Source: Wolbachia endosymbiont of Dirofilaria (Dirofilaria) immitis (GTDB lineage: Bacteria > Pseudomonadota > Alphaproteobacteria > Rickettsiales > Anaplasmataceae). Taken from it: a stretch of DNA of 32,000 nt. Below the pieces are notes generated by a model. It did not search any database, was not told the DNA's origin, and saw only the letters and a list, made by a program, of their open reading frames with translations. Location of the stretch: NCBI RefSeq assembly GCF_013365455.1, contig NZ_CP046578.1, positions 390,001-422,000 of the forward strand. Reading direction: 5' to 3'. Positions 1 to 8,283 of the stretch are shown piece after piece; the first letter of the stretch is position 1, and each line of letters starts with the position of its first letter. The position numbers and the translations under genes were made by a program.

Positions 1-389
1 GTCACTATTCAATAGCAGTGAAGTTTCTGTATATAAGGGGACAAGAGGTGTCATGCGATTTAAAAAAAAGGTTATCTGAGGAAGGTTTTTGCGTTAGAGA
101 AGTTATACTCTATAAGACAGTTATTAAAAAAAGTTTAACTAACAGGTGCAAAAACTTGCTATCAGGCAGCAAAATCAATAGTGTTGTTTTTTTTTCCTCA
201 CAGACAGCAAGAGTATTCTGTTCTTTAGTTCTAAAAAGCGGTCTATCTCACACAATGGGTAATATAATTGCATACACTATGAGTAAGAATATCGCTGACA
301 GTTTAAAGTCAGTTAAATGGAAAAAAATTGTAACATCTAGATTACCTACTAGGGAAAGTTTAATTAATATAATTAATAGAAGTTACTGA
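1..389 (+). CDS. hemD: uroporphyrinogen-III synthase (HemD), C-terminal part; the 5' end lies outside the window
   Basis: The frame is open from base 3 to TGA 387-389, with no stop upstream of the GTG at 18, so the gene is cut by the window edge. The pattern ...REVILYKT...(spacer)...INSVVFFSSQTARVF... matches the second half of HemD-fold proteins as I know them. The stop overlaps the xth start (TGATG). Confidence 0.6.
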   Translation, partial: HYSIAVKFLYIRGQEVSCDLKKRLSEEGFCVREVILYKTVIKKSLTNRCKNLLSGSKINSVVFFSSQTARVFCSLVLKSGLSHTMGNIIAYTMSKNIADSLKSVKWKKIVTSRLPTRESLINIINRSY

Positions 390-1168
390 TGTTAAAAATT
401 GCAACTTGGAATGTTAACTCTATACGTAGAAGAATTAACCAAGTTTACAATTTCATAATTGATAGTCAAATAGATATAATTCTATTACAGGAGACAAAAT
501 GCACAGAAAAGCAATTTCCTCATGAGGAGATAGAAAAGCTCAGATATAAGTGTGCTATTTATGGGCAAGTTGCGAGAAATGGTGTTTGTGTTTTATCTAA
601 ATATCCAATACTAGAGAAATTTAAAATTGATATTGTAGAAGGTTACCAAGAAGCACGTTATATAGAATGTGTGATAAAGTATGATAATCAGAAAATAAGA
701 GTAGTGAGCGTATACGTTCCGAACGGCCAGAGCATAGATTCTCATGCGTTTGCATATAAGCTCAAGTTTTTTGATAATTTATATGAAAGAATAAGCAGCT
801 TATTGAAGAATGAAGAGCTGACTATTGTAGCTGGTGATTATAATGTTGCACTAGATGGAATTGACGTTTTTGACCCAATTTTACTGAATGATAAAGTGTG
901 TTTCCACATAAGAGAACGTGAAAAATTGAGAACAATCTTGAACCTTGGGTTTAAAGATGCATTTAGGATATCTCATGTAGATCTACAGCAGTTTACTTGG
1001 TGGGATTATCAAGGTAATTCGTTCCGAAATAATCGAGGGATGCGAATAGATTATATGCTGTTATCACCTCAGGCTGCTGATAGGTTAGAAACGTGCTATA
1101 TAGATGACAAATTACGTAAATTGAAAAATCCATCTGATCATGCACCAGTTGTATGTGTTATGGGATAA
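389..1168 (+). CDS. xth: exodeoxyribonuclease III (AP endonuclease, Xth/ExoIII family)
   Basis: 259 aa. The N-terminus is MLKIATWNVNSIRRR, followed by LLQETK, then VPNG, GDYNVA, and the C-terminal SDHAPV. All are hallmark ExoIII/EEP-fold motifs in the correct order. Confidence 0.95.
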   Translation: MLKIATWNVNSIRRRINQVYNFIIDSQIDIILLQETKCTEKQFPHEEIEKLRYKCAIYGQVARNGVCVLSKYPILEKFKIDIVEGYQEARYIECVIKYDNQKIRVVSVYVPNGQSIDSHAFAYKLKFFDNLYERISSLLKNEELTIVAGDYNVALDGIDVFDPILLNDKVCFHIREREKLRTILNLGFKDAFRISHVDLQQFTWWDYQGNSFRNNRGMRIDYMLLSPQAADRLETCYIDDKLRKLKNPSDHAPVVCVMG

Positions 1169-1386
1169 GAGGGTTCTTTAAAGAAAGAGTATAATGGTTA
1201 TATAATATTATACTAAAAGCTATAATGGTCCTCCATATAAAATACTTTATGTAATAAGGGTAGGGGTAGGGGATAGTTGAAGCAAAGTTTGTGAAGTCAA
1301 TTCTGTAAAGTAGATATTGTGAAATACGTTAAAAATCTGAAGTTTAAAGAAACGGCGAAAATGGTACTAGAAAGCTGTATGTTATA

Positions 1387-1395
1387 TGGTATAAT
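1387..1395 (+). promoter_or_regulatory. possible extended -10 promoter element (TGgTATAAT) for the 456-aa orphan
   Basis: tggtataat at 1387-1395 fits TGnTATAAT and lies about 115 nt upstream of ATG 1509. The -35 is poor. TATAAT-like strings are common in this AT-rich DNA, so the call is weak. Confidence 0.25.
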
Positions 1396-1508
1396 ATATA
1401 TAGCATAAGAGTTGAGAGAAGTTTATTAGTAACTTTAGGGGTTAATACTTATTAAATATTCAGCACTATAAAATCGAGGTATATGCTTTAATTACGTCAG
1501 GAGGTAAC

Positions 1509-2879
1509 ATGACAAATAATTTTTCTGATAACAACTCAAGCAATAGTTCAATTTATCTTGGGAAGGTTACAGCAGAAGACTTATCTGTAGGAGAGAAACT
1601 AAATCACTTTAAAGCTGCTGCAGAAGAGGTTGAAAAGCGTGTTGCTGCTAAACGCGTTGAACTGCAAAATCAGGCATTCAGTCACGTTGATAGCTTGCTA
1701 TCTAAGAAGCTGAATCTTGAAGAGGATTTTAGTAGAGTAATATCTTGTTTAGAGGTTCATTCTAATAGGGAAGATAATTATTTTACAGCTGGTGTAGATG
1801 CTTTGCTAGAAAAGCTTTTCAGATTTTTTAACTTCACAGATAGTGAGCTTGAAATGGATATAGATCCGCAAATCTATCGCATGGTAAAAGAAAAAGAAGA
1901 GAAAAATCACGTTGCTACAATCATAAAACTTATTCATGATAAACTTAAGGCATTAATTAAAAAAGTCTTTTCAAAAGACTTAAATTTCGATGAAAGATTA
2001 GATGAAGAAATGAAAGAGTTACAAAAAAAGTTGGGTAGTGGTGAGTTATCTATGAGGGAGTTTACAAAAATACTCAATCGTTTAAAATTGTTGCAAAATT
2101 TGAAGCTAAAAATTCAACTATTCTTAGTTGAGTGGCTAATTTCTTCAGTTGCAGAGCTACTTTCAGTTGGGATTACAGTTTTAACAGAAACAATCGAAGA
2201 AGAAGATAAAAAAACAGAGAAAACATTACTAAGAGAAGAAGCAACTGAGGAAGCTTGCAAAGATGTAGAAATTAAAGTTGATAGAGAAAAGAGAAATCAA
2301 CTCATGTATGATAGTATCATTTCAGTGTCAAGCACTGGAGTTTGGTTGAGAAAGATAATTTTTCTGGCTAAGGAGGAACAAGAGTCTTTACCAGAGTCTT
2401 TTAAAATTACTAGATCTTTTGAACACAAGGATAATATAGATAAAAATAAATCTAAGATATTAAAACATGATGAGCAAAAAATAGGACAGAGAGAAAAAAA
2501 GGAAGGACTGAAGGTGTCTGTGTGTTCATTGAAACCTATAGAGGGAAAACTTGTGAAAGGTGGAATAACATTTGATTCTAAAAGCCAAGGAGTATCTACT
2601 GGTTATAATATAGATTTTAATGAAGGTATTAATGAAATAAGAACCGCGTCTATTAATAAATGTAGTGCTGGCAAGAAAGAATCTAAGTCTATCAGTGGGC
2701 ATGAAATGGATGTTCTTGGTGATGAGCTTAAGGAGAAAGTTATTGAGAAGAGTTCACAAAGAGGAAAGTCTGCTACTGTTAATAACCATCAACCAACAGG
2801 TGAGTGTAAAGGTGTAAAAGTTAATAATTATGTAGACTTAATAAAAACACTAGAAAGAGCGTCATTGAGAGGTAGGTAA
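1509..2879 (+). CDS. hypothetical protein, 456 aa, Lys/Glu-rich and predicted helical/coiled-coil, with no recognisable domain
   Basis: There is a canonical SD, AGGAGG, at 1499-1504, 4 nt before the ATG. The sense strand is purine-rich like the housekeeping genes here. One hydrophobic stretch (LKIQLFLVEWLISSVAELLSVGITVL) is present, along with a Ser/Lys-rich C-terminal third and a basic C-terminus (ERASLRGR). I found no catalytic or nucleotide-binding motif. Confidence 0.75.
   Translation: MTNNFSDNNSSNSSIYLGKVTAEDLSVGEKLNHFKAAAEEVEKRVAAKRVELQNQAFSHVDSLLSKKLNLEEDFSRVISCLEVHSNREDNYFTAGVDALLEKLFRFFNFTDSELEMDIDPQIYRMVKEKEEKNHVATIIKLIHDKLKALIKKVFSKDLNFDERLDEEMKELQKKLGSGELSMREFTKILNRLKLLQNLKLKIQLFLVEWLISSVAELLSVGITVLTETIEEEDKKTEKTLLREEATEEACKDVEIKVDREKRNQLMYDSIISVSSTGVWLRKIIFLAKEEQESLPESFKITRSFEHKDNIDKNKSKILKHDEQKIGQREKKEGLKVSVCSLKPIEGKLVKGGITFDSKSQGVSTGYNIDFNEGINEIRTASINKCSAGKKESKSISGHEMDVLGDELKEKVIEKSSQRGKSATVNNHQPTGECKGVKVNNYVDLIKTLERASLRGR
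2323..2338. repeat. palindromic repeat core CAGTG-TCAAG-CACTG(G) embedded in frame in the 456-aa ORF
   Basis: cagtgtcaagcactgg forms a 5-6 bp stem with a 5-nt loop and encodes SVSSTG. It matches, from my memory, the core of a short palindromic repeat scattered through Wolbachia genomes, whose translations give peptides such as WIPVSSTGMT and SSQCLTLGS. Confidence 0.4.
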
Positions 2880-3106
2880 CATGAAGAGTGGAAGAAAATT
2901 AATGATAGGTTAGATTTTGTGATTATGGTGTTTATACTTAAATAGGGTATTTTGATGCATGTTGTAAGAAAACTGATTTTAGTGGTATTAACTACTTTAG
3001 TGATAAAGGAAATACTGTTTCGGTATGCGGTGCTGAAATTTAGAAGTGTAAGAAGAAGTATGAAAAGAGAGAATAAAGTTTTTTAAAGGAAAATATAAAA
3101 AAAGTG

Positions 3107-3146
3107 TTTACACTTAAATTTATTTTTAGCATACTAGTTATATAAT
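3107..3146 (+). promoter_or_regulatory. possible sigma-70 promoter for the 63-aa/684-aa gene pair
   Basis: TTTACA (3107-3112), a 17-nt spacer, then CATACT (3130-3135). An exact TATAAT also sits at 3141-3146, 18 nt before ATG 3164. The call is ambiguous in AT-rich sequence. Confidence 0.25.
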
Positions 3147-3163
3147 ACTCTTATTAAGGTAAC

Positions 3164-3355
3164 ATGCATAGTAATAATGGTGAGAAAAGTAATTGGGGGC
3201 CTCAACCTGATGGTACATGGGTTCCAAGCGATAAGTATGAAAGAGTTGATATTAATAAATACAAGTTAGAAAAGCGAAAACGTGAAAGTGACAAACCTGA
3301 TACACAACTAGGTAGTAGTACTGTTACTAGTGCTAGTGGTGGTAAAAGTAAGTAA
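3164..3355 (+). CDS. hypothetical small hydrophilic protein, 63 aa
   Basis: The ATG is preceded by aaggt. The composition (K/E/D/S/G/W rich, not the F/I/L/Y-rich pattern of spurious AT-rich ORFs) looks coding. It ends 32 nt before the 684-aa ORF on the same strand. Confidence 0.4.
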   Translation: MHSNNGEKSNWGPQPDGTWVPSDKYERVDINKYKLEKRKRESDKPDTQLGSSTVTSASGGKSK

Positions 3356-3387
3356 TACTGTTTCATAACAATTTTAGTGGGGAAGTT

Positions 3388-5442
3388 ATGGATAATTCTG
3401 TAAAAGGGTTGATTAATGTATTTAACTTAAATAATTATTTTTGTGATAGGGTTAATACTAATTTAATTATAGAAGGTAAAAAAATTATTGGTTTATTTGC
3501 TTATGGCACTAATGTGGCAGAGTATCTACATAGGGTGGGGAAGGAGATAATAAAACAGCAATATCTTGATAGGGAGATAGTAGCAGGTAGGTATTATAAC
3601 TTAAACTGTTTTCCATTTGTTTTAAGTGCTAATAATAAAAAGTATTTAGATAAAGATGTTATGATAGTGGAGCTTGCAGATTCTACAAATAAAGAAGTAA
3701 TCCACAATTTAAAGGTACATCTAGTTAATGAGCTTGATAGGGCTGTGACATTGAAATTGATTGCACGTTTAGTAGTAGAGACAGGAATAACAGAAGAAGA
3801 AGGTCATGAATGGGTAAGAGGCACTGTTAAAATAGGAGCATTCTATGGGCATAATCCTTTGAAAAAACACTATCTATATTGTATAGCTTTTGACGGTGAA
3901 TACTTTGAAAGGGAAGGTTATGATTCAGAGACTCTTGAATTATTTAAAAAGATGTATATTCAAGAACTTGACTTAAGGTTGAGAGAGTGTAATCTCGAGA
4001 GTTTTGACTTTTATCACTATGAAGGTGATATATTATATATTAAAAATGTGAGTGATAAGGTAGTTGAAAATGTAGCAAGGTATGTTAGAGGGCGAATAGC
4101 ACTTAGTTTTAGAACTTTAGGTGAAAAGTATTCTAAGGTTGAGAATTTTAAAGGTGTTCTTGGTGGTTTAATTTTTAAATGGGCAGGAAAGTTTGTTGAT
4201 GGTTATGATTATGACGTTTTTACGGATGAAAAAGAAAGAGAAGGTGGCAATTATTTTGCTCTTATACCTTTAATAAGAAGGTATGACGGCCAACTTGAAC
4301 TCCTAAAGTGTGGTGATGTGCATAAGATTAATGCAGCAGTGCATGAAACTCTTATGAGTGATATTAGAGGCAAAACTACAAGACTGAGTGTTACCAATTG
4401 TGAAAGTCCAGTTCATGCTATCTCTAATAAAAAAATTGCTCAGGTGCTCCCTGAGATTATGCAGTCTCCGATTGCGTATAATGAAAGAACTGGACATTTT
4501 GAATTTGCAGCTGATCTTGGATTAAGCCCTAAGTTAGATTTTAGGTCCCCTAAACCTGATTCAGAGGTGTTTACTGTATTTCAATATCGGGATGAAAGTA
4601 CTAGCTACTTAGGTATTCCTGAGGTGACTGATGTACAACTTAGTTCAATATTGAGTCAGAGTAACAATTATCTTTCTTGCGTACCAGTTACATCAAACCT
4701 AACCTTGCTAAAGGAAGTATTTAACAAATATCTGGGTTCTGACGAGAAAAGTGAGTCACTAAAGTCATTGTTTGGACAAGTATGGGTACAGCCGCTCAGT
4801 CAAGGATCAGGGCGAGAGGTAGGAAGGGAAAAGCTGTGTCATAATATAAATTTATCAGTAGCAAGTGATAAATTCTCAAGAAAAGTGGCTTCTGAGTTAT
4901 CATCTCTAAATGATGATATTTTAGGGTGCAGATCTATAGCACATGACAGTCAACAAGTGTCACTATCATTTCCTTCTTCAGTTTCTGATAAGAATAGTGA
5001 TAGGCGTTCTAAAGCAGAGTCTAGAGAGAGTAGAGCCGGTAGTAGGCCTGAAAATAGTGAGTTTCTAAAGAAGAAATATAGAGTTAGTTGTTTACATAGT
5101 AAAGAAGGAGAATTAAAGGACACTTCATCGGAGTTGCAGGGGTCTAGTATACTAAATACTGATGATAAATCTTTTATAACAAAGATGTTATCTCCATTTA
5201 AGCAAGAAATTCCTAAGATTGCAATTATTGAGATTCCACGTATATCATTAATGCTGCACAGACAGTGTGGTCAGGAATCTAAATCTCAGCAGGAGTTATT
5301 TTCTATACGTACTCCTCTTAGTGTGCTATGTAAAGGAGTTACAATGTCATTAAAATCAAAGCTTGATCTGCCTCCAGGAGGAAAATTAGATTCCCCAAAT
5401 GTTGAAAAACATGTGCAGAAGCAGCAAGTACAAAAAAGGTAA
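3388..5442 (+). CDS. hypothetical protein, 684 aa: globular N-terminal region of about 330 aa plus a Ser-rich, low-complexity C-terminal half
   Basis: A long uninterrupted ORF with an SD-like ggggaag 3 nt upstream. I recognise no P-loop, protease, nuclease, ankyrin, OTU/Ulp1 or kinase motif. The C-terminal tail is basic (KHVQKQQVQKR). Confidence 0.8.
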   Translation: MDNSVKGLINVFNLNNYFCDRVNTNLIIEGKKIIGLFAYGTNVAEYLHRVGKEIIKQQYLDREIVAGRYYNLNCFPFVLSANNKKYLDKDVMIVELADSTNKEVIHNLKVHLVNELDRAVTLKLIARLVVETGITEEEGHEWVRGTVKIGAFYGHNPLKKHYLYCIAFDGEYFEREGYDSETLELFKKMYIQELDLRLRECNLESFDFYHYEGDILYIKNVSDKVVENVARYVRGRIALSFRTLGEKYSKVENFKGVLGGLIFKWAGKFVDGYDYDVFTDEKEREGGNYFALIPLIRRYDGQLELLKCGDVHKINAAVHETLMSDIRGKTTRLSVTNCESPVHAISNKKIAQVLPEIMQSPIAYNERTGHFEFAADLGLSPKLDFRSPKPDSEVFTVFQYRDESTSYLGIPEVTDVQLSSILSQSNNYLSCVPVTSNLTLLKEVFNKYLGSDEKSESLKSLFGQVWVQPLSQGSGREVGREKLCHNINLSVASDKFSRKVASELSSLNDDILGCRSIAHDSQQVSLSFPSSVSDKNSDRRSKAESRESRAGSRPENSEFLKKKYRVSCLHSKEGELKDTSSELQGSSILNTDDKSFITKMLSPFKQEIPKIAIIEIPRISLMLHRQCGQESKSQQELFSIRTPLSVLCKGVTMSLKSKLDLPPGGKLDSPNVEKHVQKQQVQKR

Positions 5443-6798
5443 AGTACCTGAAGTATAGTATTAGTTTTGGTTGGTTAATTCACTACTGTCTAGCTGCAGT
5501 GAATGATCAAAATTATCTGACTTCTAGGGCTTTTATGGCTGCATGTATCGCATAATACTGTTGATTGGAACAATTTAGTAAAACTAAGTGAGCTTATCAT
5601 TGTAATGTACTATTCCTATAATGGTTAGGTCACTACTACTTGTACCTAATTCAGTGCTAATTTGCTGCTTTTCTATTATTCAATGGATTCTTCTGATGAT
5701 TATTTATAATTTTATTTATATCAAGTTGGTTCTCTAAAAGATTAAATTGTTCTTGGACTCATCCTATGCCTTACTATTTTTTAGTAGATGAACAACCGCG
5801 TAAGGATAGATGAAATATCTTTATAATTGTTTCCTTTTCTCAGACTCTTTGACTGTGTGACTTCTGAAACACTTTTTTCTTTTAAAAAAAGAGCTTTTAT
5901 TTAAACTTGATCTATTTTTTAACTTACTAAACTTTAACTTTATTTTTATTGCTAATCTCTACCTTTATTTTTTTATAATTTCCCACTACTTTAGTAATGA
6001 AAGATATTTTAACACCACTTTATGTAAGACACCTGTATAATTTCTTTTTCTATGATAATGCCTGAACTTTATGTTCATTTGCTATATCGCCTTTGTTAGT
6101 ATATAATAGAACCACTTTAGTGTTTTCCCTTAATTGAGAGGACGTCACTTGTCGTCTACCTTGCTGGTGTGTATATTTCGTCCTTTAGTACTACCGGATT
6201 TATTGTTTTGATTGGACGTTATCTTGATCATAACCTAATAGCTATTCTGAGCTTTGGGTTTTGTCCTTCAGTAATTGGTATTTAGTTTCTTGAGTATAGA
6301 CTATATTATTCATGTCTCAGAAAATCGTCTAAATTATCTTTTTCAGTTATACTTGCTTTGTAAAAGCTTTGATTAATTTTACGGTATTGTTGTGACAATA
6401 CTTCTCTTCTTTTTTTTCTCACCAGTACTGCTAAAAGTAAAACTTACTTTTATATAAGCTTTAAGCTTAGTGCAGTACACAATCAAGCAAATAGAATTTA
6501 GAGCCTGCTTGTTGAATCCATAATGTTTGGTGTTTTATGAAGGACTATAGCAATTTGTTTGCTTCACGGTACTTGTTACTTTTCAATCTATCTATGTGAC
6601 TTTATATACTGATAATTATTACGTCCATACTTCCAAATATTGTTTAAGTATAGCTCGATAAATTTTGGAGAGTTGATTTTGTTATGACTTTATGTATTTA
6701 CTTCAATAAAAACATACAAGTAAGTTAATTTACCTGTGAAGATGAATTATTATAGCTTCAGCTTATGATACCAATGTTCTGCAAATTTAATGAATAAT
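5443..6798. other. 1.36-kb ORF-free spacer between convergent genes, probably eroded gene remnants
   Basis: No ORF of 60 codons or more in any frame. The plus strand is visibly T>A and C>G, the composition of the antisense strand of genes in this window. The longest open stretches I traced on the minus strand are about 45 codons. Confidence 0.45.
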
Positions 6799-8280
6799 TT
6801 ACCTTTTTAACTTTATTGAAGTAAAAAATTGATTTCCATTGCGGTAAACAAGCAGCATTATTGCTTTTTTGCTATCTTGCTTTTTTGTGAGATTTATTTG
6901 ATTTTGAAAACTTTCAACATTTTCTATATCAGCCTCATTTATTTGCATAATGATGTCTCCTTTTTTAAGGTCACGCAATGTAGGATTTTTATGAACATCT
7001 ACATTAGTAATTATTACACCTTTTATGGATGATGCACTGCTTTCTTTTGATTCTTTGGATAAATTTGAAATGGTTAAACCAGTTATATAATCAGATGTCA
7101 ATGTGTTTTCTTCTTGATTATTATCTTGGTTATCATTTATAGATTCTCCAATAGTAGCCTTGATATTTATTTCTTTACCCTTTCTCAATAATTTAATTTG
7201 CACTTTTTTTCCAGGTTCAGTTCTTGAAACTATGTGAGGTAATTGTGCCATTCTATCAACTATTTTACCGTCAAATTCTAGTAATACATCACCCACTTTA
7301 ATTCCACCCTTTTCTGCAGGACTACCCTTTACTATGCTTGCAACTAATGCACCTTTCGTATCTTTTAAACCTAAGGACTCTGCAAACTCTACTGTTATAC
7401 GTTGAACTTGTACACCAAGCCAACCATGTTTTACCTTTTTACCATCTTTTAACTTATCAATGATTGGTACAGCTAGGTTAGATGGTATAGCAAAGCCTAT
7501 ACCTACATTACCGCCAGACTCAGATGGAGAATAAATAGCAGTATTAATACCTATAACCTTTCCGTTTAAATCAAATAATGGCCCTCCAGAGTTACCTCTG
7601 TTAATTGCAGCGTCGGTTTGAATAAATTCATTCATAGTGCCAATACTAATATCTCTAGACCTTGCAGATATGATTCCTGTACTTACGGAACCACCTAGGC
7701 CAAATGGATTACCTATTGCCATAACCATATCACCAACTCTTGCTTTATCAGAATTACCGAGTGTTACAAAGGAGAAATCTTTGTCAGCTTTGATTTTAAG
7801 CACAGCAAGATCAGTTTTTGCATCATAGCCTAAAACTTCTGCTTTGAAATAAGTATCATCATTCATAGTGACTGTGATATGTTGAGCGTTTTTAATAACA
7901 TGGTAATTAGTTACTATAATTCCACTTTTGTCTATAATAAACCCAGATCCAAGTAGTATTGCTTCTCTGTTAATGTTAGGACTTTTATCCATAAAAAATT
8001 GGTCAAAGTGTTCAAAGAACTCTCTAAAACCATCAAAGAACTCATTTCTTGGCAATGGAACTCTAGTTCTGTTACTATTTCCTTGTTTAATGACCTGCTC
8101 ACTCGAAATACTTACGAATGCGGGGATAAGCTCTTCCACTAAGTCGGCAAGCCCTTGATTACAATTGTATATAGAAGTATTGATATCTGTAGCCTTTTCC
8201 GTGCTCCAGTTAAATACTCTAGCATACAAAGAGAATGAAATTAAAAGACATAAAAATATAAATAAAACCTTACTTCTCAT
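6799..8280 (-). CDS. degP: periplasmic serine endoprotease DegP/HtrA (Do family) with two PDZ domains
   Basis: 493 aa with an N-terminal signal peptide (MRSKVLFIFLCLLISFSLYA). Catalytic His is in TNYHV, Asp in KTDLAVLKI, and Ser in GNSGGPL. Two PDZ-like segments are present (GSPAEKGGIKVGDVLLEFDG; LKKGDIIMQINEADI). The start is 3 nt after the hflC stop. Confidence 0.95.
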   Translation of the reverse strand: MRSKVLFIFLCLLISFSLYARVFNWSTEKATDINTSIYNCNQGLADLVEELIPAFVSISSEQVIKQGNSNRTRVPLPRNEFFDGFREFFEHFDQFFMDKSPNINREAILLGSGFIIDKSGIIVTNYHVIKNAQHITVTMNDDTYFKAEVLGYDAKTDLAVLKIKADKDFSFVTLGNSDKARVGDMVMAIGNPFGLGGSVSTGIISARSRDISIGTMNEFIQTDAAINRGNSGGPLFDLNGKVIGINTAIYSPSESGGNVGIGFAIPSNLAVPIIDKLKDGKKVKHGWLGVQVQRITVEFAESLGLKDTKGALVASIVKGSPAEKGGIKVGDVLLEFDGKIVDRMAQLPHIVSRTEPGKKVQIKLLRKGKEINIKATIGESINDNQDNNQEENTLTSDYITGLTISNLSKESKESSASSIKGVIITNVDVHKNPTLRDLKKGDIIMQINEADIENVESFQNQINLTKKQDSKKAIMLLVYRNGNQFFTSIKLKR

Positions 8281-8283
8281 AAA

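Noticed and set aside
1258-1272. G-run cluster GGGTAGGGGTAGGGG in the leader of the 456-aa ORF, a possible G-quadruplex
   Set aside because: Only three G-tracts are present, and an intramolecular G4 needs four. It is striking in AT-rich DNA but not enough to claim a structure.
2761-2770. gaggaaagtc, resembling the conserved 5' GAGGAAAGUCC of RNase P RNA
   Set aside because: It lies inside the 456-aa coding frame and lacks the following GGGC and the rest of the P4 pseudoknot partners. I treat it as coincidence.
4303-4497. Short antisense ORFs inside confident genes. This one is representative; the others are 6829-7032, 7637-7828, 7928-8158, 8165-8374, 11462-11683, 18076-18315, 20131-20361, 20752-20943, 21544-21750, 21862-22095, 23199-23387, 23786-24043, 26953-27153 and 27975-28166.
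   Set aside because: All are 60-85 codons, fully or mostly nested antisense in genes with strong homology-type evidence, hydrophobic or Ser/Leu-rich, and lack ribosome-binding sites.
1509-5442. Could the two large orphans be a cifA/cifB-like cytoplasmic-incompatibility pair?
   Set aside because: The sizes (456 and 684 aa) and the intervening 63-aa ORF do not fit. I find no PD-(D/E)xK nuclease or Ulp1 deubiquitinase signatures and no prophage context. This cannot be excluded without a profile search, but nothing in the sequence supports it.
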